64,000 nucleotides of DNA from Candidatus Latescibacterota bacterium (GTDB lineage: Bacteria; Latescibacterota; UBA2968; UBA8231). The stretch covers positions 1,568,001 to 1,632,000 of the forward strand of contig CBDETK010000013.1 in assembly GCA_965242865.1 (NCBI GenBank), written 5' to 3'. The notes beneath the pieces were generated by a model. The model was given only the letters and a program-made list of their open reading frames with translations, had not been told where the DNA came from and made no database searches. This document shows positions 50,935-61,035 of the stretch, piece by piece. Numbering within the stretch: position 1 is the first letter of the stretch; every line of letters begins with the position of its first letter. A program made the position numbers and the translations under genes.

Positions 50935-53283
50935 CTAATAGGCCAAAGCAAGGGGCCGCAAGACCGCCTCGCTCTGGCTCGCCGTGCCCGGGTCAATGAG
51001 GCAAAGATACATCCCCGGCCCTGCCAACTGACGGCCCCCAGTCCGCCCGGACCAGCGAAAGTGCCAGCGCCCAGCAACCTCGCTCCCCGTAGGCTGGGCC
51101 ACCAACCGGCCGGCGACGTCAAAAATCTGCACCTGTGGCTGGATGCCCTGGGCCTTGAATACCATAAAGCTAATCTCCACCGCGTCGTTGACCCCATCGC
51201 CGTTGGGCGTAAACGCCACGGGCGCGATCTCCACCTCGCCGACGAGTGCCGTCTGGCGGGGCAGGTCGGGCAACAACACGACATTGGCCCGTCGCTCGCT
51301 TGGCACGACGGACTGCCAGATTCCAGGGCGCTCGCCCAAGCCTAGGTCGAGCGCGAACAGCGCGGCGTTGTCCCAAAGCCGCGCTGTAAAATCCACTTCC
51401 ACTGAATCAGCGACCACTCGGCGCGGCAACAAGACCAACAGCGAATCGCCGTGCAACTGCACCGCTTCGGGCGCAACCTCCGCTCCGCCGATCCGCAGGG
51501 CCACCTCGCCCGCAGTCGCGCCGGGAATCTGCAAGCGCAAGCGATCAAAGCCGCTGTCCTGCCCGTCGGTGCCCGGCCACAGCGTATAGGTAAAGCGCGT
51601 ATCCTCATTGACCCGGGCTTCCCGCGGCCAGATTTGCCCGCGCGCCGACTGCACGAGCGCGTCGGTAAACGCTAGGGTCAGCGCGTCCACGGTCGGCGCC
51701 ACCTGCGGATCGTCCGTGGCGAGAATCATCTCCAACTGCACGAAGCGACGCGGGCTCGTCGATTGGAAGGGCTCGCCCGACGCCTGATACACATTGCTCC
51801 AAGCGTCCCAATCTTCGCCGACGACCCAGGTCGTATCAATGGCACCTTTTAAGACCTTGGGCAAGCTGTTCCACTTCTCCTCGGAGACGATGTCGCCTTT
51901 GCGATCTAAGAACGTGTACACTTCCTGCAGGGCATTGCCCGAGCGCGAACGCAGTTGAATTTTGGTCTGCGGAGGCAGGTCGGCCTCCCATGTAATCCGC
52001 TCGATCACTTGGGGCCGGCCGTTGCCGGCCTGCGACGCCAAGTCGATAAAGCCCGAGCGCATGTTCACCTGGGCCGGATGCCCCGCGGAAAAAAGCATCG
52101 CCTCCAAGCCCCAACCAAACCCCGGCGGCGTCCCGTCAATTTCGTGCCAAAGTACGTAGCGCACCTTGCGCGGAGCGAACAGATAGCGCTGATGAAAGAG
52201 CCGGCCGAGGCACTGGGGCCGACAGCTATCTTCGACCAGAACCTCGTAGTCCGTCCGCTCGGGGACCGGCAACCCCGAGCTAGCGGCTGGGCGGCCATCG
52301 GACACTAAAAACAACCCGCCAGCCGCCGAGGGATTGCCGCCTTGGACTTGGCTGCGCAGCCCTTCGCCTAGCTGGCTGAAGTACATGAACAACTCGTCGA
52401 GGAAAAACACCGCCCCTAAATCCACTCGCCACCACACGCCGGCCTCCAGCCAACCGCCCTCGGCACTGGTCAGCAGCGCGAAGCTGTCCATATTGCCGTC
52501 GAACATTAGTGCCGCGCCCGTAGTCCGGCCGCCTTCGAGAAAACTGCCGCCGCGACCCGCCGTGCCCAAGCTCACATTGTCCCCCACCGCCAAGACCTCG
52601 ACCTCGGCTAGCCCCACGCCCGGGGTGTGTTCGTCAATCTCGATGATGATGTACTGGATCACTCGAAAGCGCTTCTCGCGCTCTAAATCGAGCTGCAACC
52701 CCTCGTCGAGTACGTAGGTGCTGTCGGTTCTTAGGTACTCCAAGGGAATCACCAGTTCGGTCGCGCTGTTGGGTCTGGAGGTGCGATAGACGGCTTCAAA
52801 TTTGAATACATCGTTGAGCGCTTGGATGCGGGCGCCCGAGGCGACAAAGACGCTGAATTGCCGCAAGGGCCGCGCCCCCTCGTGGTCGGGAAAGCGCAAG
52901 CGAATCTGACGCGCCAGCACCGGACGCCCCAAATCTATCTGCACGGACCACTGATCGAGCGCATCGTCGGGGTCGGGTTGCCAGCAGGTTGTCACATCGC
53001 CATCGACGATCAAATCTGCTGTCTGCGGATTGCTCTTGGCCTCCCAGATCCCGCCGGTCACCTCGCCGCGCTCCTGAGTTGGATGGCGAAAGTCTCCAGC
53101 GTTGGCCACGGCGTTGATCTCCTTGCGGAACTTGGTCAGCCGCAGCCTGCCGTCGGCATCAATTTGCACCAAATCATTGGGCATCTGCCAAGTCTGCCAC
53201 GCGGCCGCACTGTCGAAGCGGAGCTCATCGGCCCCCACCGCTCCGATTCCCAGTAGGAGTGCGTACAACGAGCGCAGCGCCAT
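50935..53283 (-). CDS. Secreted protein with discoidin-like and C-terminal FlgD-Ig-like domains (paralog 2)
   Basis: ADELRFDS..WQTW, IDLGRP, RSRSGN, SPRRFVQLE, FTPNGDGVND, GPGMY; ends LALAY; clearly paralogous to 24035..26362. Confidence 0.8.
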   Translation of the reverse strand: MALRSLYALLLGIGAVGADELRFDSAAAWQTWQMPNDLVQIDADGRLRLTKFRKEINAVANAGDFRHPTQERGEVTGGIWEAKSNPQTADLIVDGDVTTCWQPDPDDALDQWSVQIDLGRPVLARQIRLRFPDHEGARPLRQFSVFVASGARIQALNDVFKFEAVYRTSRPNSATELVIPLEYLRTDSTYVLDEGLQLDLEREKRFRVIQYIIIEIDEHTPGVGLAEVEVLAVGDNVSLGTAGRGGSFLEGGRTTGAALMFDGNMDSFALLTSAEGGWLEAGVWWRVDLGAVFFLDELFMYFSQLGEGLRSQVQGGNPSAAGGLFLVSDGRPAASSGLPVPERTDYEVLVEDSCRPQCLGRLFHQRYLFAPRKVRYVLWHEIDGTPPGFGWGLEAMLFSAGHPAQVNMRSGFIDLASQAGNGRPQVIERITWEADLPPQTKIQLRSRSGNALQEVYTFLDRKGDIVSEEKWNSLPKVLKGAIDTTWVVGEDWDAWSNVYQASGEPFQSTSPRRFVQLEMILATDDPQVAPTVDALTLAFTDALVQSARGQIWPREARVNEDTRFTYTLWPGTDGQDSGFDRLRLQIPGATAGEVALRIGGAEVAPEAVQLHGDSLLVLLPRRVVADSVEVDFTARLWDNAALFALDLGLGERPGIWQSVVPSERRANVVLLPDLPRQTALVGEVEIAPVAFTPNGDGVNDAVEISFMVFKAQGIQPQVQIFDVAGRLVAQPTGSEVAGRWHFRWSGRTGGRQLAGPGMYLCLIDPGTASQSEAVLRPLALAY

Positions 53284-53284
53284 C

Positions 53285-55303
53285 TCAGTAAATCAGGGCT
53301 AACGGGCGCAACCGCCGGCGTCCCGTCCGCTCGGCTTCGGGTGCTATTTCCACTAGATAGAGGCCGGGCAACAACAAAGCCCCATCGCGATCTCGCCCAT
53401 CCCAGCGCACCCGCTGCGCCCCGAAACGCTGCGCCCCCAACGACCGCTGGGCCACCTGCCTCCCGTCGAGCGCATACACCTTGAACGCTACGGGCACCGC
53501 CTCGGGCAACCCTACCAGTGCATAGCCGATCTCAATCTCGTCGTGAACCCCGTCGCCATTGGGCGTCAGCACCCTAGAGGAAAAATTCAACCCCACCACC
53601 GGCTCAGCGCGTTGCCCGGCCATCCCCAAGATCCGCAGGCTATTGGTCCCCAGCTCGGCGCTGGCATCGCCCGGTTCGACGGGCTGGGCCAGCGCATCGA
53701 CGCCAGCATTATAGACCTCACCCGAAAACGTCCAAGCCAGCGCGAACACCTCGGCGACAAAGACTACGCGCGCCCCGGCCGCGGACCCCGGGCCGACCCG
53801 CTCGGGCAACACGACCGTTAGTTCCTCCGCGCCTTCGACGATTTCAACCGGCTCGACCGCAACCGGAGGATCCCCCATCTCCAACCGGGTAAACGCCGCA
53901 CGCGTACCCGTGCGAATCCGCAGCGCGTCAAAGCCCGTCTCCGCAGCGGCAAACTCGCCGCGAATGTCGTAGATCAGTTCGGCCGCTTGCCCCAACGGCA
54001 CTTGGGTCAAGCCCCCCGCCGGCCGCACAGCGCCGGCCAGTGCCACCTCGCCCACGACCCGGCTAGCCAGCAGCGCCGCGGTCTCAATCCACAGCGAGTC
54101 GAGCCGCACGAACGCGGCAAAGTCCTCGCTGTGGAGCGCAATCCGCAACTGGAAATGGGTCCCCCCTTTGAGGCCAATCGCCGGCCCCGGTTCGGCAAAG
54201 GGCAACGACCAAAACGACCAATTGGCGCTATCGTACTGAATGGAGGCGCGCATGCCCGGCCGGGGATCGCGCTGACGCCCGGCGCGCCAGCGCGGCTGCA
54301 GCACCAAATCGTAGCGCGTGCGCGTCACCACTTCCTCGCCGCCGCGGTCCGTGTACTCGTGGTAGATGTTCGGATCGCCATCGCGGCCTGTGCGCACCTC
54401 CACTTCAACTCCCACCTCGGCGTCGGGGGCCTCCACCAGCTCGCCATCGACCACGCGCAACGGCGTGGCCGCCCAAGACAAGCGGCCAAAGTTGCGGGGC
54501 GCACCCAAGTCGAAAATCCGCGAGCGGTACACCGCCCGGCGCGGCACCCCCTCGCCAAAAAGCTCGAAATCCCCGATCGAGCCTTTGAAAGCCGCCCCAG
54601 AGCCGGTGCTGTAGGTCTGCCCCTCGGCCGAATCCAAAAGCGATGTCTTCCGCTTGTAGCGCACAAAGCGCACGTATTGCCTGGGGAACTCGATCTGCAC
54701 TCGGGCGGCAAAGTTTTCGGCTACATCGGCGATCAGCGGGCCAATTCGCTTGTACGGCTGGCTGCCCAACAGCCAACTGGGGTCGCCTGCTGCGGCGATG
54801 GATACCTCGTAGGCGGGCACGGCATCTTGGGCAAAGGGAATCCCGTCGGCGCGAAAGCCCCGCGGCGGCGTAAAAAAACCAAAGCGATGCGCCGGCACCG
54901 GTACGCCCAGATCAATGGTGTACCAGACGGATTCGGGATTGGACGAGACCGGCGGATTGAACGACATACTGTCGCCATCGACCATATAGGTCCCATTGTG
55001 GGCGGTCGTCTCGTTGCCCTGCGAACCCTTCCAAGCCCGGGGCGTCTCGCCCTCAACATAGGACAACTCGCGCGGCTCTTTGAGGGGTTCCCAGCCGGTC
55101 AAGAGCGCGAGCAAACTTTGGTTGGGGTCGATATAGACAGGTTGGATCGCGCCGGGCACTGAATCGAAATCAACGAGCACCACAGCGGAATCGTTTTCAC
55201 TCCAAGCCAAGCCCGCGCCGCCGATCTGCCAAGTGTGCCGCTGGGCACTGCTAGCCGTCGCCCAGCAGACCACAAGCAGCCCGGTGAGGGTCTTAACCGC
55301 CAT
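53285..55303 (-). CDS. Secreted protein with C-terminal FlgD-Ig-like domain (paralog 3)
   Basis: Signal peptide, IDLGVP, FELFGEG, FDLG..NFG, LTPNGDGVHD, WDGRDRDG..LPGLY; ends LALIY. Confidence 0.8.
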   Translation of the reverse strand: MAVKTLTGLLVVCWATASSAQRHTWQIGGAGLAWSENDSAVVLVDFDSVPGAIQPVYIDPNQSLLALLTGWEPLKEPRELSYVEGETPRAWKGSQGNETTAHNGTYMVDGDSMSFNPPVSSNPESVWYTIDLGVPVPAHRFGFFTPPRGFRADGIPFAQDAVPAYEVSIAAAGDPSWLLGSQPYKRIGPLIADVAENFAARVQIEFPRQYVRFVRYKRKTSLLDSAEGQTYSTGSGAAFKGSIGDFELFGEGVPRRAVYRSRIFDLGAPRNFGRLSWAATPLRVVDGELVEAPDAEVGVEVEVRTGRDGDPNIYHEYTDRGGEEVVTRTRYDLVLQPRWRAGRQRDPRPGMRASIQYDSANWSFWSLPFAEPGPAIGLKGGTHFQLRIALHSEDFAAFVRLDSLWIETAALLASRVVGEVALAGAVRPAGGLTQVPLGQAAELIYDIRGEFAAAETGFDALRIRTGTRAAFTRLEMGDPPVAVEPVEIVEGAEELTVVLPERVGPGSAAGARVVFVAEVFALAWTFSGEVYNAGVDALAQPVEPGDASAELGTNSLRILGMAGQRAEPVVGLNFSSRVLTPNGDGVHDEIEIGYALVGLPEAVPVAFKVYALDGRQVAQRSLGAQRFGAQRVRWDGRDRDGALLLPGLYLVEIAPEAERTGRRRLRPLALIY

Positions 55304-55426
55304 GAGATTGTAACTCAACGGCCCCATAGAATTTAAGGTACGACAAACTAGGCAAAATTCCTTATCTTAGGTGTTTCTTTGTACAGCACCTCTTTTATTT
55401 ATACCTCCCAATTGAACGGCAACCGC

Positions 55427-56719
55427 ATGCGAAAGCACGCCATTGAGCAAGGAATTTTGGTTTTTCCCGCCGGCGCTGCAATCAATAGGCAGGTCGCGGG
55501 CCGCACCCTGCTCCAGCGCGGAATCCGCACCATGGCGAGCGCGGGCATCAAGCGCGTCTTGGTCGTGCTCCCCCCCGGCCAAGCCCCTACCGACAAATCG
55601 CCGGTTCCCGACCTCGACATCCAAGTAGAGCAAACCACCCCGGAGGCCGCTCGGCCCCCGGACGCGCCGGTGCTGCTGCTCGCGGGCGATTGCGTCCACC
55701 ACCACTCCTCCCTGCGCGCCCTCATGGACGCGGGCCTGCAACGAGACTCCCTGGTCGCGCAGACCAGCGATGGCGGGCGCGTTAGCAGCGGAGCGTTCCT
55801 CAGCGCAGCCGGCGCGTTGCCCCCGGACGCGCTAACCGGCGCCCTCTGGAACGCGCTCGCAGCGCGTCCACACCGCCGCGAAGACAGCGCGCCGCACCTG
55901 TGGCAACGGGTGACCGACAAGCGCAGCGCACGCGCCGCTAAGAACATGCTCTTCGACCAAGTCAGCAAGGCCACCAGCGGCACGGTCGCGCGCTTGCTCA
56001 ACGTGCGCCTCTCCGTGCCCATCAGCAAGCTCCTCGTCGATACCGGGATCTCGCCCAACATGGCGACCTTTTTCTTGGTCCTGTGCCCGGGCCTGTTCGC
56101 CGCCTATCTGGCGACGCAGCCCGACGATTACCTGCGGCTCGCCTGCGCGGGTCTCCTCTGGCAGTTCGCCTCCATCCTCGATGGCTGCGACGGCGAGATC
56201 GCGCGCGTCAAGCTGGCCGAGACCCGGTTTGGCGCGTGGTTCGACACCCTAACCGACAACCTCGCGTATCTCTGCGGGTACGCCGCCCTGCTGGTCGGGA
56301 TGCGGCAGCTCTATCCCGACGATTACTTGCCCCTCTACGCCGGCATCTCGGCCCTTGCCTCGCTGGTCCTGACCTTGGTCTTGCTCTACGGCTACGCCCT
56401 GAAAACCAGCACCGGCAGCCTGCAATACTACCTCGGCGACCTAACCAACAAGGTGCCCCATTCCGAAAAGGACTGGGGCTATCGGTTCCTAGAGCGCACC
56501 GGCTTTATGGCCAAGCGCGACTTCCTCTCGTTGTTCATTGCCGTCGGCTTAGTGGCCAATCTGTTGGCGGTCGTGTATTGGTTCTTGGTCGTCCTGATCC
56601 ACGTGGCAGCGCTAGGCGTTTTGACTACCCACTATCGGCTGACGGGCCACCAGCGCGCCGCCCAACCGCAAGCTGCCTCGCTTCCGGCCCCGGCCGTCAA
56701 TCGAGAGGACGCCGCGTGA
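55427..56719 (+). CDS. CDP-alcohol phosphotransferase with degenerate N-terminal NTP-transferase domain (IPCT/DIPPS-like architecture)
   Basis: VAGRTLLQR..AGIKRV and LLAGD in the N-terminus; ISPNMAT and LDGCDGEIAR...FGAWFDTLTD signature. Confidence 0.85.
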   Translation: MRKHAIEQGILVFPAGAAINRQVAGRTLLQRGIRTMASAGIKRVLVVLPPGQAPTDKSPVPDLDIQVEQTTPEAARPPDAPVLLLAGDCVHHHSSLRALMDAGLQRDSLVAQTSDGGRVSSGAFLSAAGALPPDALTGALWNALAARPHRREDSAPHLWQRVTDKRSARAAKNMLFDQVSKATSGTVARLLNVRLSVPISKLLVDTGISPNMATFFLVLCPGLFAAYLATQPDDYLRLACAGLLWQFASILDGCDGEIARVKLAETRFGAWFDTLTDNLAYLCGYAALLVGMRQLYPDDYLPLYAGISALASLVLTLVLLYGYALKTSTGSLQYYLGDLTNKVPHSEKDWGYRFLERTGFMAKRDFLSLFIAVGLVANLLAVVYWFLVVLIHVAALGVLTTHYRLTGHQRAAQPQAASLPAPAVNREDAA

Positions 56720-57747
56720 AAGCCCTGCAAGTCTCCATGGTCGCTCTGGGCTTTTTGCTGCTGGGCTATCTCGTCGGCCAGCTCGGCGTCGACGAGGTCC
56801 TCCACCACTTAGACGCGATCAAGTGGACGTTCCCCTTGCTGTTGCTGCCCTCGTGCGCTTGGCACCTTTCCAACACGGTCGCGTGGAACTTTGCCTTCCC
56901 ACCCGACGCGTTCAAACCGCGGCTGCCCGTGCTCTTTGCGGCCAAGCTGGCCGGCGAAGCCGTCAACCAGCTAACGCCGCTGGCCAATCTCGGCGGCGAG
57001 CCGGTCAAGGCTTACTTGCTCACCCACCGGACGCCCGGCCCGCGCGGCATGGCCTCGGTGGTCGTCGATAAAACCGCCCAACTCGTGGTCGGCCTGACTT
57101 TTACCATTCTCGGCCTCGGGCTGTTGTTTTACTACCACGACGTGTCCGAGCTGATTCCCTTGGAGTACCGCGCCTTATTCGCGTTTTTGCTCGTGACCAG
57201 CCCGGTGGCCCTCTACCTATTTTACAAGCACCAAGAGCGCATGTTCACTTCCCTGCTCAAGCTCCTGCGCTTTGCTCGGCTGCGAACCGACCTGATCGAG
57301 CGCAATATGGGGCGGGCGGCGCGCATCGATACCAACATCGGCACCTTCTACCGCCTACACCGGGTCCGCTTCTTGCAGGCTTTGTTTTTCCAGAGCATCG
57401 GCTGGTTTATGGGCACTTGCGAGACCTATGTCATCCTCCGCGCCCTCGACGCGGACATCGGCTTCTGGTTCTGCTTTGTGCTCAACGCGCTGGGAGCGGT
57501 TATCAACGGTCTGTTCTTTTTTATGCCCTCCAATATCGGGGTGATGGAGGGGAGCTTAGTCTTTTTGTTTTCCAGCTTGGGGCTCGACCCCGCGCTGGGC
57601 TTGTCCGTGGGATTGGCGCGCCGCATGCGCCGCGTGTTCTGGATTTTCATTGGCTGGACCTGTCTCAGCTACATGAGCCGCACCGCGCTCCAGCGCCGCG
57701 CCTCCACCGCGTTGACCATCCTTCAGGAACAAGAAAACCCGCGCTGA
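56716..57747 (+). CDS. Lysylphosphatidylglycerol-synthase TM / flippase-like membrane protein
   Basis: AGEAVNQLTP.ANLGGEPVKAYLL, SVVVDK, PSNIGVMEG; GTG start overlaps the upstream TGA. Confidence 0.85.
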   Translation: MKALQVSMVALGFLLLGYLVGQLGVDEVLHHLDAIKWTFPLLLLPSCAWHLSNTVAWNFAFPPDAFKPRLPVLFAAKLAGEAVNQLTPLANLGGEPVKAYLLTHRTPGPRGMASVVVDKTAQLVVGLTFTILGLGLLFYYHDVSELIPLEYRALFAFLLVTSPVALYLFYKHQERMFTSLLKLLRFARLRTDLIERNMGRAARIDTNIGTFYRLHRVRFLQALFFQSIGWFMGTCETYVILRALDADIGFWFCFVLNALGAVINGLFFFMPSNIGVMEGSLVFLFSSLGLDPALGLSVGLARRMRRVFWIFIGWTCLSYMSRTALQRRASTALTILQEQENPR

Positions 57748-57764
57748 CCCACAAGAGTAGAGCC

Positions 57765-58520
57765 ATGCGCCGACTCATACTCGCTTGCCTGGCGGGCTCC
57801 TGCGTCCTCTCTCTCTACACTGCCTCTGCCCAAGACGCGCCGCCGGCTGGAGGTGGGCGCGAAGCCCCCTCGTACATCGTCGTCGAAGACTTTGCCACCA
57901 CGTCCCTGGACAGCCTGCCCCGCGGCTGGCGCTGGCGCAGCAAAGACGACGACAAACCCAAGCTCTACGCCGTCCGCGAGGCCAACGGGCGCCGCTACCT
58001 AGCCGCCCAAGACACTGGCCATTCGGTCGTCCTCATGAAGCGATTCCACTGGGACCCGCGGCAATACCCCATTATGACTTGGTGCTGGCGCGCCGACGCC
58101 CTGCCGCCGGGCGGCGACGAGCGCTATACCGAGACCAACGACAGCGCGGCCGGCGTCCACGTCATTTTTTCGCACAACTTCCTCGGCATCCCGCGACAGA
58201 TCAAATACGTCTGGAGCACGACCTTGGCCATAGGCACGGTTGCCCGCCGCAAAGGCATTGCGCGCCCTTGGTTTGTCGTGCTCGAAAGCGGCCCCGAGAA
58301 ACTGGGGCAATGGCTGCAAGAGCAAGTCGATTTGGAGCGGGATCACGAGCGCGTCTTGTCGTCCAACCTGCCGAAAAAAACCATTGGCATCGCTTTGCTC
58401 ACCGATGCCAACTCGACTCAAGGGTACGCCGCGGCCGCTTACGCCGACTTCCGGGTCTGGCCCCGGGCCGCGCTGGAGCACATCCCGGACTATTGCGCGT
58501 CCCTCGCTCCCGCTCCATGA
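57765..58520 (+). CDS. DUF3047 family exported protein
   Basis: Signal peptide; YPIMTWCWRA..LP.GGDE..NDSAA, IKYVWS, IALLTDANS. Confidence 0.8.
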   Translation: MRRLILACLAGSCVLSLYTASAQDAPPAGGGREAPSYIVVEDFATTSLDSLPRGWRWRSKDDDKPKLYAVREANGRRYLAAQDTGHSVVLMKRFHWDPRQYPIMTWCWRADALPPGGDERYTETNDSAAGVHVIFSHNFLGIPRQIKYVWSTTLAIGTVARRKGIARPWFVVLESGPEKLGQWLQEQVDLERDHERVLSSNLPKKTIGIALLTDANSTQGYAAAAYADFRVWPRAALEHIPDYCASLAPAP

Positions 58521-59650
58521 GGATCTGCATTGATGCGCGCTCCCTGCGCGACGTGCCCACCAGCCTCGGCCGCTACGCAGCCGATCTCGTCCGGCACATC
58601 GCCCAGTTAGACCGCGCAAACGAGTACATCGTCGTCCGCCGGCCATCGCGCCATGGCCCCATCGCCGATCAGGCCAACTTCCGGGAGATTTTCGCCCCGT
58701 CCGACATTTCCTCGGCGCACAACATCCTCGGCGGCGCTCGGGTCATCAATCGGCTCGACGCGGATGTGTACCACTCCCTGTTCCACTTTCTCCCCCTCGG
58801 CGTCCGCGCTCGGCGCGTCGTCATCACCCTGCACGACCTGATCTGGGTGGATCACCCCCACCTCGCCGATGGCCGACGCTGGCGGCGGTGGGTCAAGGGG
58901 TCGCTCGGCAGTTGGGGCATCCGGCGGGCCATGGCCGCGGCCGACCACATCGTCGCTGTCTCCAAAAGTACGCGCCGAGCCGCACTCAACCGCGGCGTAC
59001 CAGCCGACAAGATCACGGTCATTCTGCATGGCGTGGCCGCCGCTTGGCACACCGGCAAGGCGGAACCGGCCCTGTTTGGCGTGGGCAACGCGGCCGCGCC
59101 CCTGGACGCGCTTTTTGCCGACCGGCCTTTTGCGTTTGGCGTGGGCAACAGCTTGCCCTACAAAAACCTGCCGCGGCTGGTGCGCGCTTTTGCCCAAGTC
59201 GCCCCGGACCATCCCGCGCTCGCGCTCGTGCTGGCTGGCCGCGGCGAGGGCCATCCCGCGCTCGTGCGGCTGGCGCGGCAACTCGGCCTGCACGACCGGG
59301 TGCTCCTCGTCGGCTCGCTCAGCGACGACCAAATCCGCGCCTGTTTTGCCCACGCGCTCTTTTTCGCGTTTCCATCGCTGATAGAAGGGTTTGGGCTGCC
59401 CGTGCTCGAAGCCATGGCCAGCGGCTGTCCGGTGCTTACGTCGAACGGTTCTTCGCTCGCCGAGGTCGCCGGAGAAAGCGCGGTGCTCGTCGATCCGCTC
59501 GACACCGCCGCCATAGCCGCCGGAATGCAGCGCCTGCTGACCGATTCCGCCCTCCGCCAACGGCTATCGCGCCAAGGACGACAACGGGCCGCCGCCTTCA
59601 CGTGGGAAGCCGCGGCCCAGCAAACCATTCAACTATATAAGCAGCTATAG
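58517..59650 (+). CDS. Glycosyltransferase family 4
   Basis: MRICIDAR, VITLHDL, IVAVS, YKNLPRL, FPSLIEGFGLPVLEAMASG. Confidence 0.93.
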   Translation: MRICIDARSLRDVPTSLGRYAADLVRHIAQLDRANEYIVVRRPSRHGPIADQANFREIFAPSDISSAHNILGGARVINRLDADVYHSLFHFLPLGVRARRVVITLHDLIWVDHPHLADGRRWRRWVKGSLGSWGIRRAMAAADHIVAVSKSTRRAALNRGVPADKITVILHGVAAAWHTGKAEPALFGVGNAAAPLDALFADRPFAFGVGNSLPYKNLPRLVRAFAQVAPDHPALALVLAGRGEGHPALVRLARQLGLHDRVLLVGSLSDDQIRACFAHALFFAFPSLIEGFGLPVLEAMASGCPVLTSNGSSLAEVAGESAVLVDPLDTAAIAAGMQRLLTDSALRQRLSRQGRQRAAAFTWEAAAQQTIQLYKQL

Positions 59651-59682
59651 GCCGCAAGTCGCGCCGCCTATCCGCATGATAG

Positions 59683-60129
59683 CTACGGGCGGGTCGGCGG
59701 GATGCCCATGGGATGGGGGCCGTTGGTCAGCAAGCTCTGGCGGGCATGGTCGTACACTGCGTCCTGTATTTCGAGGATGCACACGGCTTGGTCGATAGTG
59801 GAGGCGAAGGAGCGTCCATCCGCCAAGGCGGTCAGGGCTTGCTCGACCATGGCCCTCATGCGCTCGCCGTGCGATAGCTCCTCACAAAACTGTACGCCCT
59901 CGGTGGTATGAACTTCGACGAGGGGTGTGCCTTCTTTGCCGTACTGCTGGAAAACCATGGCGCGGGTGCCGATAAAGCGGAAGAAGTGGTCGCCGCTGCG
60001 CTCCCCGGCCGGATAGGCGTAGCCGCTTTCGATCAAGCCGGTCACGCCCCCACCGGTGCGCAGCATTCCCAAGCCAATATCCTCCACGGTGCGGCCGGAG
60101 GCGGCATTGGACATGAGCGCACCGACCAC
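59683..60129 (-). pseudogene. C-terminal fragment of a Gfo/Idh/MocA oxidoreductase
   Basis: VEDIGLGML...GLIESGY C-terminal domain only; no NAD-binding N-terminus; abuts AT-rich DNA. Confidence 0.6.
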
Positions 60130-60228
60130 GTGTTGTTGAACGGACCTTTACCCTATCCACTTAGATATATACCTTCGTGTGAAGGACGATTACCCAAACC
60201 AATTATTCGGATACAAAGGAAAAATAAA

Positions 60229-61035
60229 ATGAAACGAAAAGGATCAGAACCTATCTTAAAAATGCCTTATGCTAAAAGGAAATTGATCGTTGTGGTTGAC
60301 GACCCTGACGACTCTGTTATGGAAGTGGATTGGACTGAAGTTGTTAAGGAGTCCTTTGAGAAATACTGGCGCTATATGACTCTCCCTGGACAGATCGAAC
60401 AGATCGTCAAAGCGATAAAGGCAGCACGAAGTCAGGGAATCAATGTGCTCCCTGTCCCGAGAAGTGAAAGTGCCAAGCTGCTATTTCCTCCAGGGCATCC
60501 GCAAGATGGTGTGCTCTACGTGGGTCACCCTACGGTCCATGAAATCTACTACCCGACTGCTCAGTTCCATCAACTAACGTTTGAACACAAGTTCTCTGAA
60601 GCTATTGAACTGCTTATGGCCTTGGGGGCCATCGAGGTCAATGTGGGGCATCAGGTGGGCTGGGGAAAAGAGTTCTCAACTAACCTCAACGTGCCAACTG
60701 GAAAGGCCGGAGAGCAAGTTGGCACCACTGCGGGTGGGGACACCGAGAAGCAGCGGCACTTGCTCTTCCAAATTTCCCTAGAAGGGACTTCAGAGCCGTC
60801 AGTCCCAGATGAACTAGTTTGGTACCCTCATGAGCCTACATGGCAACAAGTCGCGAGGGCTCGAATAAAATACGGCATGAAGAGTTTTTCGCTCAACCTT
60901 CGATACGAGAACGATTTCGGCATCAATGCTGATCTCGAAGTCATGGCAGGCAAGGCAGGGCTTAACCTCGGAGGAAAATTTGTCAGCCATGAATCGACCA
61001 CTTGGGAAATTCAGGGTTCCTTTAAGACTTCCTAA
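60229..61035 (+). CDS. Lower-GC hypothetical protein (268 aa)
   Basis: AAGGA RBS before ATG 60229; FPPGHP, YVGHP, FEHKF.EA..LL.ALGA motifs; no family recognised. Confidence 0.75.
   Translation: MKRKGSEPILKMPYAKRKLIVVVDDPDDSVMEVDWTEVVKESFEKYWRYMTLPGQIEQIVKAIKAARSQGINVLPVPRSESAKLLFPPGHPQDGVLYVGHPTVHEIYYPTAQFHQLTFEHKFSEAIELLMALGAIEVNVGHQVGWGKEFSTNLNVPTGKAGEQVGTTAGGDTEKQRHLLFQISLEGTSEPSVPDELVWYPHEPTWQQVARARIKYGMKSFSLNLRYENDFGINADLEVMAGKAGLNLGGKFVSHESTTWEIQGSFKTS

Noticed and set aside
53987-55162. Long antisense or alternate-frame ORFs (also 9531..10544, 25295..26263, 31513..32424, 58607..59560)
   Set aside because: These are shadow ORFs of GC-rich genes: they overlap well-supported CDSs and have no motifs.
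59908-60228. N-terminal 107 aa of ORF 59908..61035
   Set aside because: It is antisense to the oxidoreductase fragment and crosses the composition break; the RBS supports ATG 60229.
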